Part shown: positions 51,201 to 64,000 of the stretch, piece by piece
Layout: the number at the start of each line of letters is the position of its first letter
Numbering within the stretch: position 1 is the stretch's first letter
DNA from: Eledone cirrhosa
Lineage: Eukaryota
Reading direction: 5' to 3'
NCBI GenBank assembly: GCA_964016885.1
Contig: OZ024752.1
Span: forward strand, 39,308,001 to 39,372,000
DNA length: 64,000 bases
Made by a program: the position numbers and the translations under genes
Notes under the pieces: model-generated
Told to the model about the DNA's origin: nothing
The model's input: only the letters and a program-made list of their open reading frames with translations
The model's database searches: none

Positions 51201-54200
51201 ATATATACTCTATAATATATATATATATACTCTATAATATATATATACTCTATAATATATATATATACTCTATAATATATATATACTCTATAATATATAT
51301 ATATACTCTATAATATATATATATATACTCTATAATATATATATACTCTATAATATATATATATACTCTATAATATATATATATATACACTATAATATAT
51401 ATATACTCTATAATATATATATATACTCTATAATATATATATACTCTATAATATATATATACTCTATAATATATATATATACTCTATAATATATATATAT
51501 ATACACTATAATATATATATACTCTATAATATATATATATATACTCTATAATATATATATATACTCTATAATATATATATATACTATAATATATATATAT
51601 ACTATAATATATACACTATAATATATACACTATAATATATTCTATAATATATACACTATAATATATATATATACTATAATATATACACTATAATATATAC
51701 ACTATAATATATATATACTCTATAATATATATATATACTCTATAATATATATATATACTATAATATATATATATATACTATAATATATATATATACTATA
51801 ATATATATATATACTATAATATATATACTATAATATATACACTATAATATACACTATAATATATATATACTATAATATATATATATACTATAATATATAT
51901 ATATACTATAATATATACACTATAATATATATATACTCTATAATATATATATATACTCTATAATATATATATATACTATAATATATATATATATACTATA
52001 ATATATATATATATACTATAATATATATATACTATAATATATATACTATAATATATATATATACTATAATATATATATATACTATAATATATACACTATA
52101 ATATATATATATACTATAATATATATATATACTATAATATACACTATAAAATATATATATACTATAATATATATATATACTATAATATATATATATACTA
52201 TAATATATATATACACTATAATATATATATATACTATAATATATACACTATAATATATACACTATAATATATATATACTCTATAATATATATATACTCTA
52301 TAATATATATATATATACTATAATATATATATATATACTATAATATATATATATACTATAATATATATACTATAATATATACACTATAATATATATATAT
52401 ATACTATAATATATACACTATAATATATATATATACTATAATATATATATACTATAATATATATATATACTATAATATATACACTATAATATATATATAC
52501 TCTATAATATATATATATACTCTATAATATATATATATACTATAATATATATATATATACTATAATATATATATATACTATAATATATATACTATAATAT
52601 ATACACTATAATATATATATATACTATAATATATACACTATAATATATATATATACTATAATATATATATATACTATAATATATACACTATAATATATAT
52701 ATACTCTATAATATATATATATACTCTATAATATATATATATATACTATAATATATATATATACTATAATATATATATATACTATAATATATATACTATA
52801 ATATATACACTATAATATATATATATACTATAATATATACACTATAATATATATATATACTATAATATATATATTATAATATATATATATACTATAATAT
52901 ATACACTATAATATATATATTCTCTATAATATATATATATACTCTATAATATATATATATACTATAATATATATATATATACTATAATATATATACATAC
53001 TATAATATATATACTATAATATATATATATACTATAATATATATACTATAATATATACACTATAATATATATATATACTATAATATATATATATACTATA
53101 ATATATACACTATAATATATATATATACTATAATATATATATATACTATAATATATACACTATAATATATATATATACTATAATATATATATATACTATA
53201 ATATATACACTATAATATATATATATATACTATAATATATACACTATAATATATATATATACTATAATATATACACTATAATATATATATATACTACAAT
53301 ATATACACTATAATATATATATATACTACAATATATATATATACTATAATATATACACTATAATATATATATACTATAATATATATATATACTATAATAT
53401 ATACACTATAATATATATATATACTATAATATATATATATACTATAATATATACACTATAATATATATATACTCTATAATATATATATATACTCTATAAT
53501 ATATATATATACTATAATATATATATATATACTATAATATATATACATACTATAATATATATACTATAATATATATATATACTATAATATATATACTATA
53601 ATATATACACTATAATATATATATATACTATAATATATACACTATAATATATATATATACTATAATATATATATATACTATAATATATACACTATAATAT
53701 ATATATATACTATAATATATATATATACTATAATATATACACTATAATATATATATATATACTATAATATATACACTATAATATATATATATACTATAAT
53801 ATATATACTATAATATATATATATACTATAATATATATATATACTATAATATATACACTATAATATATATATATACTATAATATATACACTATAATATAT
53901 ATATATATACTATAATATATACACTATAATATATATATATACTATAATATATACACTATAATATATATATATACTATAATATATACACTATAATATATAT
54001 ATATACTATAATATATATATATACTATAATATATACACTATAATATATATATACTATAATATATATATATACTATAATATATACACTATAATATATATAT
54101 ATATACTATAATATATACACTATAATATATACACTATAATATATATATATATACTATAATATATACACTATAATATATATATAAACTATAATATATACAC

Positions 54201-54400
54201 TATAATATATATATATACTATAATATATACACTATAATATATATATATATATACTATAACATATACACTATAATATATATATATACTATAATATATATAT
54301 ATATACTATAATATATACACTATAATATATATATATACTATATTATATACACTATAATATATATATATATATACTATAATATATATATTATATTATAATA
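48270..54400. repeat. ~6-kb degenerate (TA)n-C(T/A)C-TATAA satellite, interrupted by an RTE copy and an inverted block
   Basis: Direct inspection; inverted block about 49760-50030. Confidence 0.97.
50355..51140 (+). mobile_element. 5'-truncated RTE-clade LINE with (GAT)n tail, inside TA-rich satellite
   Basis: Intact ORF end FRYLG...RLRWYGHVMRM...GRGRPRKTW followed directly by (GAT)n. Confidence 0.93.
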
Positions 54401-55129
54401 TATACAATCACTTCCTTCTCCACCCTGATTTTCCTTTTCAGGTGAAACCTGAAAAAGTTAATGAGGGCATCAATAAGAAGAAGACAAAGAAGAAAACGAA
54501 GTAGGAGACGAAGATGAAGAAGAATCCTTCGTTGGTTTTGATGATGAACATCTGAGATCTGAGACAATAGTCCATTTTAAGACTTATAACTTTCTCTAGT
54601 ATTAAATTTACAAAATATTCAACTTTAAATGGTGGTGCTCCAGCATGGTCCCAACCATGGTTTCAACCTGTTTACTGGAACACAATAGAGTGACAGGGCA
54701 TTATAACTTTTTAACTAGGGCGGTGGATTAGCAGTATCGGTAGAGGGCCAGAGACCATGTTTTGGACTTTTATGATCTGAGTTCAAATCTCGCCGAGGTT
54801 AACTTTGCCTTTCATCCTTATATGGTCGATAAAATAAAGTACCAGTCACGCACTGGGGTCGATTTAATCGACTTTCCCCTCCCCCAAAATTGCTGGCCTT
54901 GTCCCTATATAAAAAAACCATTGTGAATTGACAGTATCGGTAGAGGGTTGGACGCCATGCTTTCTAGCATAGTTACGTGCCTTTGCAGTCTGAGTTCAAA
55001 TCCCGCCGAGGTTAACTTTGCCTTTCATCCTTACGGGGTCGATAAAATAAAGTACCAGTAAGATACTGGGTAATTGCTGGCCTTGTGCCTAAAGTAGAAA
55101 CGATTATAACTTTTTAACAAATAACTCAC

Positions 55130-55312
55130 CAGCATGCAGCTAATAAATGGAGGGAAATGTTGTTCTGAAGCTTTCAACATAATTTCAATACTGTTCTGTA
55201 TAGATACAATTCTTTCTTCCATGTCCTCTTCATTTATATTCAAATCTTTTGCATTGGCAAGTATTCCTTTGAACAAGGAATTAAAGAGAAGCCTGGCCAC
55301 AGTACTATCTCG
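55130..55312 (-). CDS. PRKDC: DNA-PKcs exon (RDSTVARLLFNSLFKGIL...FPPFISCML)
   Basis: Matches human RDPIIAKQLFSSLFSGIL...FPPFVSC. Confidence 0.95.
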
Positions 55313-55944
55313 CTGGAAATAGAAAAGAATGTTGCGAAAAACACATGATAATTTTTTAAATATTTTTTTTACAAGCATGTAATATATTTATTCAGTATAC
55401 CAAAATCTCTCAATGTCATAAAATCCATTGGTATAATCATCATCATCATTTTGCGTCCGCTTTTCCCTGCTTGCAAGGGTGGGACGGGAACTGATTCTGG
55501 CTTGATTTCTACAGCTGGATGCATGCCCTTCCTAACACCAACCTCATTTACAGTGAGTGCTGGGTGCTTTTTTTTACGTGGTGCCTACACGTCCACTTTA
55601 CAGTGTGGGCTGGGTGCTTTTTTGCCGTGGCACCTCTATGACCATTTTGCAGTGGAATGATAGGGACTCCAGTCCCTATCATCTCATTTCTACAGCTCAG
55701 TAAACTGGAGCAATGTGAAATAAAGTGTCTTGCTCCCCCCTTCAAATTGCTGGCCTTGTGCCTAAATCAGAAACCATTATTTAATTCTCTTTTTACTTTT
55801 TCTTCTTTCCCTTTCTTTATTTTTGTTTCATGTAAATATGATTATTTTTTTAACTGTATCATCATCATCATCGTCATCATCAGCATAATTATATATTATA
55901 TTATAGTTTCTATCTATAAATATATATCAAAGCAACCTATATAC

Positions 55945-56076
55945 CTGTGCTACTGCTTGTAATGTTGATATTAGGCAGGAATATTTTATTTGAATATCAG
56001 GGAGTTCTCCAGTTCGGTATTTCCTGTACAAAGTTACTTTATCTTCAAGTTTTGACTTCTGATCATGTAAAAGTTT
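55945..56076 (-). CDS. PRKDC: DNA-PKcs exon ([32 protein letters not shown]; YRPD motif)
   Basis: Matches human [31 protein letters not shown]. Confidence 0.96.
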
Positions 56077-56091
56077 CTGTAATAAAAAATC

Positions 56092-56604
56092 AATTTTAAT
56101 GAGGTATTTAAATTTTAATGAGGTATTAAATTTTAATGAGGTATTTAAATTTTAATGAGGTATTAAATTTTAATGAGGTATTTAAATTTTATTGAGGTAT
56201 TTAAATTTTAATGAGGTATTAAATTTTAATGAGGTATTTAAATTTTAATGAGGTATTAAATTTTAATGAGGTATTTACATTTTAATGAGGTATTTAAATT
56301 TTAATGAGGTATTTAAATTTTAATGAGGTATTTAAATTTTAATGAGGTATTTACATTTTAATGAGGTATTTAAATTTTAATGAGGTATTAAATTTTAATG
56401 AGGTATTTAAATTTTAATGAGGTATTTAAATTTTAATGAGGTATTTACATTTTAATGAGGTATTTAAATTTTAATGAGTATTTAAATTTTAATGAGGTAT
56501 TAAATTTTAATGAAGTATTTAAATTTTAATGAGGTATTTAAATTTTAATGAGGTATTTAAATTTTAATGAGGTATTAAATTTTAATGAGGTATTTAAATT
56601 TTAA
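56092..56604. repeat. 18-19-bp tandem array
   Basis: Unit AATTTTAATGAGGTATT(T)A. Confidence 0.96.
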
Positions 56605-57358
56605 GAAAACGTTCTGAAGATAAAAACAGTCAAAGGTTAATGTAGGTGTTAACAGCATACATTTCTAAAGCTGATGACATGGCCAGCCACAGATGTGAGC
56701 CTCCCATCTCCCTTGCAATCCTCCGGGAAAACGCCTTCTCCATTCTGTCCACCGGGGCTGTGGGGAGGCCAGCACGTGGGACCCCATATGCTCACCATAC
56801 AGAGAGATGGGAGCGATGATGGTGGGAGTTCGGCTCTTCCGTGTTCGGATACATTGGTAAGCACTTTCCTCGATTGTTGGAAGTGTTTATAATGGTTGGC
56901 ATCTTATACATTTATTTTTTTTTTGTTGTATTGTTTTTCAATAAATTTCCTTAAGCAGGGAAATAGTGTCCTTATATGGTCATTCAACCTGCTAGAAAAA
57001 CCATCCAACTCTCATTCAAATCACATTCTACCATAATAAAAAAGATGGTGTGTGTGAGAGTGGGTGTGAATGTGCGCGTGTGTATCTGTGAATGTGTGTG
57101 TGAGTGTATGAGTATGTGTGTGTGTGACGGTCATTCCATAAGAGTATTTTGGTCAGACTATCAAGGGTTGATGCTAGAGCTGTGAAATCTTGCATGCATT
57201 AATTTCAGCTCTTCTTACTAATAACTGCATTGTTTCTCCGGGGACTATATTGAAAAATAAACCTCATTTGGTCATTCCATGAGAGTATCTTGGTCAGCCT
57301 ACAAACTTTCAGCCAACCCTCGTCACACACACACATACACACACATATATATACTTAC

Positions 57359-57468
57359 GAATTCAGTCTCCTTTTTCATAATTTGTTGTTTGGCAAAATA
57401 TAGTGTTTTAGCTTCTGAATCTTTTAATATTCGTTTTCTGAGATGAGCAAATTTTCTAGATTTATTTC
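57359..57468 (-). CDS. PRKDC: DNA-PKcs exon (GNKSRKFAHLRKRILKDSEAKTLYFAKQQIMKKETEF)
   Basis: Matches human LRRRFMRDQEKLSLMYARK; in phase. Confidence 0.88.
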
Positions 57469-58482
57469 CTTGAAAATAGAAAAAAAAAAAAAGAGAAAGG
57501 AGATATTTGTGTGTTCATGGAATAAATGTCAAACTAAGAATAAGAATTTAACTTCTTCATTACTATAAGGTTTTTAGATAAATATAAACACTTTATCTAA
57601 AAACCGTTCAACATAATTTTATGTAATAACCTTTGTTAAGTTATGTTCCAAACACAAACAGTGTCTTTCATTAAAAATATGGTAATGCTAATGAAAATCA
57701 ATGTCTGTCATTTTCAAATACTTTTGAAAATAATCAAGAATTTTGAAAACTTCAGTAATATAACTAGTTGATGCATTATTAAGCTGCTGTTTGCAACATA
57801 ACTTAGCAAAGGTTCTTAGATAAAGTTATAATGGAAAATATTTAGATAAATATAAATACTTTAATCTTCAGCATGCTAGAAATTTATATGAGTTGCTTCC
57901 CTTGACACCTAATTATGAATAAAGAGGAGATTATTCTATTGCCGACTTAATGCACCCAGAGCCTCCAGAAGATTAAAATAAACTGATTTGTGGTGGAATC
58001 AGGTAGTTTAAAATCATATATATATATGAAGAAACACAATCGAACAGAATATTACTTATTCCATTTGAAAAGCATTGGGTCATGTACTAGTATGAATAAA
58101 AATGATTTCTAGTATAGGCACAAGGTCAGCAATTTGGGGAGAGAGGAAAATCGATAAAATCAACCGCAGTGCTTACTGGTACTTTATTTTATCGACCTCA
58201 TGAGGATGAAAGGCAAAGCTAACCTTGCTGGGATTTGAACTCAGACCGTAAAGGGCTGTAACTCTATGCTGCAAAGAATGGTGTCCGATGCTCTACCAAT
58301 ACTGCCAATCCAGCATCCTATGAATAATAATTATTTCTACTTTTGGCACAAGGCCAGCAATTACCCAGTACATTACTGGTACTTTATTTTATCGACCCCG
58401 TAAGGATGAAAGGCAAAGTTAACCTCGACGGGATTTGAACTCAGACCGTAATAATGAAATGAAACAAACACATAAAACTTAC

Positions 58483-58710
58483 CAGTACTCTGGCTATCTT
58501 CTTTCAAAAGTTCCTCTTGGCTATCTTTGATGGCACTAAGATTTTTCAGTCCAAAATCTGGACCTGCTTTCTTCCTAGTACGATAAACTTGTGAAACTGG
58601 TTTCTTTTTACTGGGCACAGTAAATAAAGAGCTCGACACACTGGATTCCAAAATGTCTGACTCCATGGAAAAGGGGAGGCTACTTTGTGTTAGCCAATCA
58701 AAAGGGACAT
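58483..58710 (-). CDS. PRKDC: DNA-PKcs exon (DVPFDWLTQSS...AGPDFG...DSQST)
   Basis: FDWLT and GPDFG motifs as in human; AG/GT; phase 1-1. Confidence 0.88.
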
Positions 58711-59300
58711 CTATCAAAAGAGAGGTTACTTTGTATTAGCCAATCAAAAGAGACATGTAAATATAAGAGAAGTTACTTTGTATGAGCCAATCAAAAGGGA
58801 CATCTATCAAAAGAGAAGTTACTTTGTATTAGCCAATCAAAAGACATGTAAATATAAGAGAAGTTACTTTGTGTTAGCCAATCAAAAGACACGTAAATAT
58901 AAGAGAAGTTACTTTGTGTTAGCCAATCAAAAGACATGTAGATATAAGGGAAGTTACTTTGTGTTAGCCAATCAAAAGCCATGTAGATATAAGGGAGGTT
59001 ACTTTGTGTTAGCCAATCAAAAGACATGTAAATATAAGGGAGGTTACTTTGTGTTACCCAATCAAAAGACATGTAAATATAAGGGAGGTTACTTTGTGTT
59101 ACCCAATCAAAAGACATGTAAATATAAGGGAGGTTACTTTGTGTTACCCAATCAAAAGACGTGTAAATATAAGGGAGGTTACTTTGTGTTAGCCAATCAA
59201 AAGACATGCAGATATAAGAGAGGTTACTTTATATTAGTCAATCAAAAGAGGTATGTAAACATAAGAGAGGTTACTTTGTATTAACCAATCAAAAGAGACA
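58675..59300. repeat. ~45-bp tandem array derived from exon start and acceptor
   Basis: GTTACTTTGTGTTAGCCAATCAAAAGACATGTAAATATAAGGGAG units, continuous with the exon FDWLTQS codons. Confidence 0.93.
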
Positions 59301-59334
59301 GACTTTAGACTATAATAACTAAATCAACTGTCCA

Positions 59335-59600
59335 TATCTAAGGTTTTTGCACTGAAAACAAAACCCACTCCTCCTACTGCAGCATTCGTCGTGTTCCTCA
59401 CTGCCAATGTGGTGATGAGCTGGCTCCTCTTCCCAATCATCAATCTCATTATTTAGGATCGTGTGTTCTTGGATCGCAAGTATCTGCATACCACGCTCCT
59501 CAAACAGATGACTCAACTCCTCTTTCTTCTCTAGCATCCGATCAGTCCTCACATTCAGAGTGCCCATTTTAATGGCTCTTCTGCAGGACAAAACTGCATC
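59335..59600 (-). mobile_element. LINE APE-endonuclease N-terminal fragment
   Basis: IKMGTLNVRT...ILAIQEH motif. Confidence 0.75.
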
Positions 59601-60085
59601 TTTTTATATTTGTCTCAGAGACAGCTGATCCATCATCCACTGGCCCTCTCTATGGCTCTAAGCCAGCAGAGTCATAAGCACCAGACTGCTCCTTGACTGT
59701 AGTTAGGGGCTCTAACCCTAATGCTGTTAAATACACTCTCCATGGTTCTTTTCAATGGCTGATAATACCTTACTGGCACCACTCGAATAAGGTAATTACT
59801 AAGGGTAACTCCACATTCCCTACAGCTCCTGAACTCCTGAACTGGAGCCTTGCCACTGGATGTAGTTTAATATCGTACTCAATAAAAGTAAGTGTGCATA
59901 TGAACTGACATCCAGTTGTATGTAGTTCTAGATGAGAAGGATTAATTAACATGAGAGATTCTGAAGTAAGATAAGATAGAGTCAGGAATGAGTATAGTAA
60001 AGTTCATTTAATTAGAAGAGAAATTAAAAAGATGTTAAAAAACCCAAACAAAACCAACTGAAATCATAAAGAAGCTATACATTAC

Positions 60086-60257
60086 CTTGAGTTGGTGTAA
60101 ACTGCTGATTGCCATCATATGTAGCCCTAAGATCATCTGTTACCATACTCCCTGTATTACTGTCATTCAACTCCGTGTAGGATGAGGACAAAACATCAAA
60201 AAGCAATGGTGTCATTCTAGAATGTCTATTCTGCCAAGATGACTTTACTTTATACTC
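60086..60257 (-). CDS. PRKDC: DNA-PKcs exon, ABCDE-cluster region (EYKVKSSWQNRHSRMTPLL...LRATYDGNQQFTPTQ)
   Basis: Matches human EYTIDSDWRFRSTVLTPM...IRATQQQHDFTLTQ; in phase. Confidence 0.9.
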
Positions 60258-60329
60258 CTGATGTTACAATAAATAAATAAAATTCATCTTAATTCTACAA
60301 GTTGTACATATATCAAATCTAGGAATCAA

Positions 60330-60880
60330 CAAAGACCCTTCAAGATAATAACTTTGATCTGAAGGAAGAGTGGCAAAGATCATGAAATGTGTCCAAATTT
60401 GCCAATCAAGACCTTGTCCAGAGCCCTACATCTAAACCAGCTGGCTTTGACCTTCCTAGAAAGCAATGGGTGTCCCTTAATCAGATCCGCACAACACAGG
60501 CTAGGACAGCCCATCATCTCCATCGATGGAAAATGAAAGATAGCCAGCCCAGTATGTGACTGTGGGGACCCTGAACCCAGACAGTGCTGTATGTTGTTTG
60601 GGATTACACCCCAAGTCAATCTATAATACAACAAATGAAGCCTTAGTCAGGCTCACCAATCTCGATCTGTCTCTCTAACCATTGTGTATATGTCATAGAC
60701 AAGAAAACTACTTCAACTACTACTACAACTACAGTGCTGCATGTTGTTCATGATTGCCCCCCCCCTCCCCAACGGTTTCTCAAAGGCTTGAAGGCAACCT
60801 ATAAAACTACAAATGATACCTTAGTCTGGCTCACCAATCTACATCTGTCTCTCTAACCGTTGTGTATATATCATATGACA
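60330..60880 (+). mobile_element. Degenerate LINE 3' end, partly duplicated
   Basis: GFDLPRKQWVSLNQIRT...SPVCDCG-like translation; 3' block repeated at 60580-60700 and 60730-60880. Confidence 0.5.
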
Positions 60881-61560
60881 AAAAGAAGATTAACCTTAAT
60901 TTCAAAGTAAACCTAAAAGGTAAATGGTTGCCATATTTCTCTTGTATTGATTAATAACATGCACAGATTGATACACTAGAGGTAATAGATTGGTATTCTA
61001 TCCAGAAAAACCTTTATACTCAAAATACTTAATACTTAATATTACAGGGACATGAGTGCCTGTGACACAAGAAGAAATTTATCTTAACCACTTTACAGTG
61101 TATACTAGGTGTGTTTATCATGAAAATAGCCTCTCTAGTATTTGGTGATCTACAGATAACTGCACCAAGTACATGCTGTAAAGTGGTTGGTGATAAGAAG
61201 GGCATCCAGTCATAGAAAGCTTGCCAAACAAAGTTGTGTGAAAGACATGACAACCTCCCTATTCGGTAGACAGATCTCTGGCTTGTCTGGGAGATCAGTA
61301 GCCAGTGATTCAGTCCTGTCTTGGTTTATGTAATAATAGATAAGGTAATCTATGTGAAAACATAATTTCAAATTAATTACTTTGCATTACAGGTAAGAAA
61401 ACAATTTCAAATTAATTACTTTACATTACAGGTAAGAAAAAAAAAATATTGTAATGATCGAAAATTTATTTGTTTCTCAAAACAAATGCATTAAAACATT
61501 TTCAACAATTTGCCTAATTTCTTTGAAAAGTTATTTAAAGATGTTTAAATATTAAATTAC

Positions 61561-61771
61561 CTTAAATTTACACTCTGCAAGGGGAGATTTAAATATTTCT
61601 CGGTTATAGTCTGGACTTTTGCTTGTCATTTCCAAAAGTAAACTGTTGGAATAGTATAGGAACTGATGTTCTGTTCTTGGAGAATACATTGTCTGAAGCA
61701 TTGCAGCCAAACGGTCAACTGTAGATTCTGGCAACTGAGTTCTGCTACTCCAAAAATTATGCACAAAAACT
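61561..61771 (-). CDS. PRKDC: DNA-PKcs exon (VFVHNFWSSRTQLPESTVDRL...LLLEMTSKSPDY...PLAECKFK)
   Basis: Strong match to human NFWSHETRLPSNTLDRL...LLEMTSMSPDY...PLSECEF; AG/GT boundaries. Confidence 0.95.
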
Positions 61772-63902
61772 CTATCAATACAAAAAAAAAAAAAAAAATT
61801 TAGAAATAGAAATATATTAGAAATATGATTAAATTGTTTCTTTATTGGCCACAAGGGCCAACAAAGAAATATGATTATAATTGTTTCTACTTTAGGCACA
61901 AGGCCAGCAATTACCCAGTGCATTACTGGTACTTTATTTTATCGACCCCGTAAGGATGAAAGGCAAAGTTAACCTCGGCGGGATTTGAACTCAGATCGTA
62001 AAGGGACGTAACTGTGCTGCAAAACATGGCGTCCGACCCTCTACCGATACTGCCAATCCACCGAAATATGATTATAATGATATGATTATAATGATAATGG
62101 TTGTTGTCACCATCATCATCATCATCATCATCATCATCATTGTTTAACATCCACTTTCCCTGCTAGCAAGGGTTGGATGGGTCTACATAGACCAAGTTTT
62201 TATTTCATTTTTATAATCAAAGTGACTTCTCCCCATTTGATGAAAAGGGGATTCAATTCACAGCAGTCTACATTGAAACAATTTAACTTCTATCTTACAA
62301 GCTATATTTAGTTTATTATATTAGCCACAGCCAATTTTTTTAAAACTTATTTATTGTGTCATGTAATAAATTATTTCTAGTCATTAATTTTTTTTTTTCC
62401 CTCATCAATTTTTCATATTTGATTAAAAAAAAACAAAATCTTCTTTTGCTTTAGTAAAAGTTCTTGGCAAAACGAGTTAATAAGGTTTCTGATCAAACGA
62501 ATACTTCGGGAGGAATTGTCTTGCCAAATCCTAAGCTAATATATTATTAAGTTTAGGGTGGTGGATTGGCAGTATCGGTAGAGGGTTGGACGCCATGCTT
62601 TCCAGCATAGTTACGTCCCTTTATGATCTGAGTTCAACTCCCGCCGAGGTTAACTTTGCCTTTCATCCTTACGGGGTCGATAAAATAAAGTACCAGTAAT
62701 GCACTGGGTAATTGCCGGCCTTGTGCCTAACGTAGAAACAATTAGTAAGTTTAGGGCGGTGGATTGGCAGTATCGGTAGAGGGTCGGACGCCATGCTTTC
62801 CAGCATAGTTACGTCCCTTTATGATCTGAGTTCAACTCCCGCCGAGGTTAACTTTGCCTTTCATCCTTACGGGGTCGATAAAATAAAGTACCAGTAATGC
62901 ACTGGGATAATTGCTGGCCTTGTGCCTAACGTAGAAACAATTATTAAGTTTATGCTTCAACATTGTATGCGTCTCTGTGTTAGTGGTTTCCTGTAGACAA
63001 CATCAGTGTTTGAAGACAGCTGCCCTACTCTTACCCTAATATGTTGTCTGCTTTGAGGCCCTGAGGGGGGTGGGGGTAGAAAAGACATTAACCCAGAGGA
63101 CAGTGTGGAAGACATGCTAGAACAGCTACTCCGCCTCATGGGGCTTACATCTGCTGACAGCCAACTCTGCATTATCATGGGAAATGTTGTGATGTCATGA
63201 ACCTTGGACTAACATATAAACTTCAAGTGGCATCTACAACACATCATCATCACCGTTGTTACATCCGTTCTTCCACGACGCTAGCATGGGTTAGACAGGT
63301 TGTCCTGTTGTGGGCAGTGTCCGGTCGGCTGACCTTGTCTTGCTCATACAGGAACTGATTCTGGCTTGATTTCTACAGCTGGATGCCCTTCCTAACACCA
63401 ACCTCATTTACAGTGAGTGTTGGGTGCTTTTTTGCCATGGCACCTCCATGACCACTTTTCAGTGGAATGATAAGGACCCTAGTCCCTATCATCTCATTTC
63501 TACAGCTGAGTAAACTGGAGCAATGTGAAATAAAGTGTCTTGCTCAAGGAAACAACACATCGCCTTGTTTGAGAATTGAACTCACAACCTTTCGATTACA
63601 AGCCCAATGCTCTAACCACTAAGCCATGCGCCTTCAACACAGACCATAATAAATAATAAAGTCGTCATTTTGGTGCCATGACAAAAAGTGCCCAGTCCAC
63701 ACTGTAAAATATTTGTGTTGGTGACATGACAAAAAGTGCTAAGTCCATAAGTCCACACTATAAAATGGTCATATAGGTGTCATGAGAAAAAGAGCCCAGT
63801 TCACACTGTAAAGTGGTTGTTTTGGTACCACAAAGCCTGTTGTCCAACGCCCTACTGATACTGCCAATCTACCACCCCTTGATAATAAAGATAACAACTT
63901 AC

Positions 63903-63992
63903 CGGCATGAATAATCTTTATCTTCTAAACCTTTCAATAATAATTCCTGTGTACAAGACATTATAGAACCACTTTCTTCTGATGTCTCAGTT
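63903..63992 (-). CDS. PRKDC: DNA-PKcs exon 1 of window (TETSEESGSIMSCTQELLLKGLEDKDYSCR)
   Basis: AG/GT bounded; resembles human ...DVLIQGLIDEN; phase joins next exon. Confidence 0.8.
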
Positions 63993-64000
63993 CTGAAAAT

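Overview
AT-rich, repeat-dense animal genomic DNA; the SINE, RTE and microsatellite landscape looks like an octopod cephalopod. The window lies inside one minus-strand gene, PRKDC (DNA-PKcs). I traced 31 GT-AG exons with consistent phases (4116 nt, about 1370 codons), from the region before the ABCDE cluster through the FAT/FRB region into the kinase domain. The gene continues beyond both window ends. Introns hold tRNA-derived SINEs, RTE and other LINE fragments, TTAA-flanked and mariner-type MITEs, two Helitron-like copies, foldbacks and many tandem arrays; there is also a 200-N gap. Most notable: (1) an inverted intronic copy of the exon segment encoding the kinase ATP-binding lysine, a candidate ADAR editing-complementary sequence; (2) three tandem arrays built from real exon/intron junctions, giving arrays of duplicated splice sites; (3) minimal hammerhead-ribozyme motifs inside intronic foldbacks; (4) a U6 retrocopy fused to a (GAT)n-tailed retroposon 3' end; (5) satellites arising from different internal segments of the same MITE families. 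Homology assignments rest on my recollection of human DNA-PKcs and repeat motifs, not on database searches.
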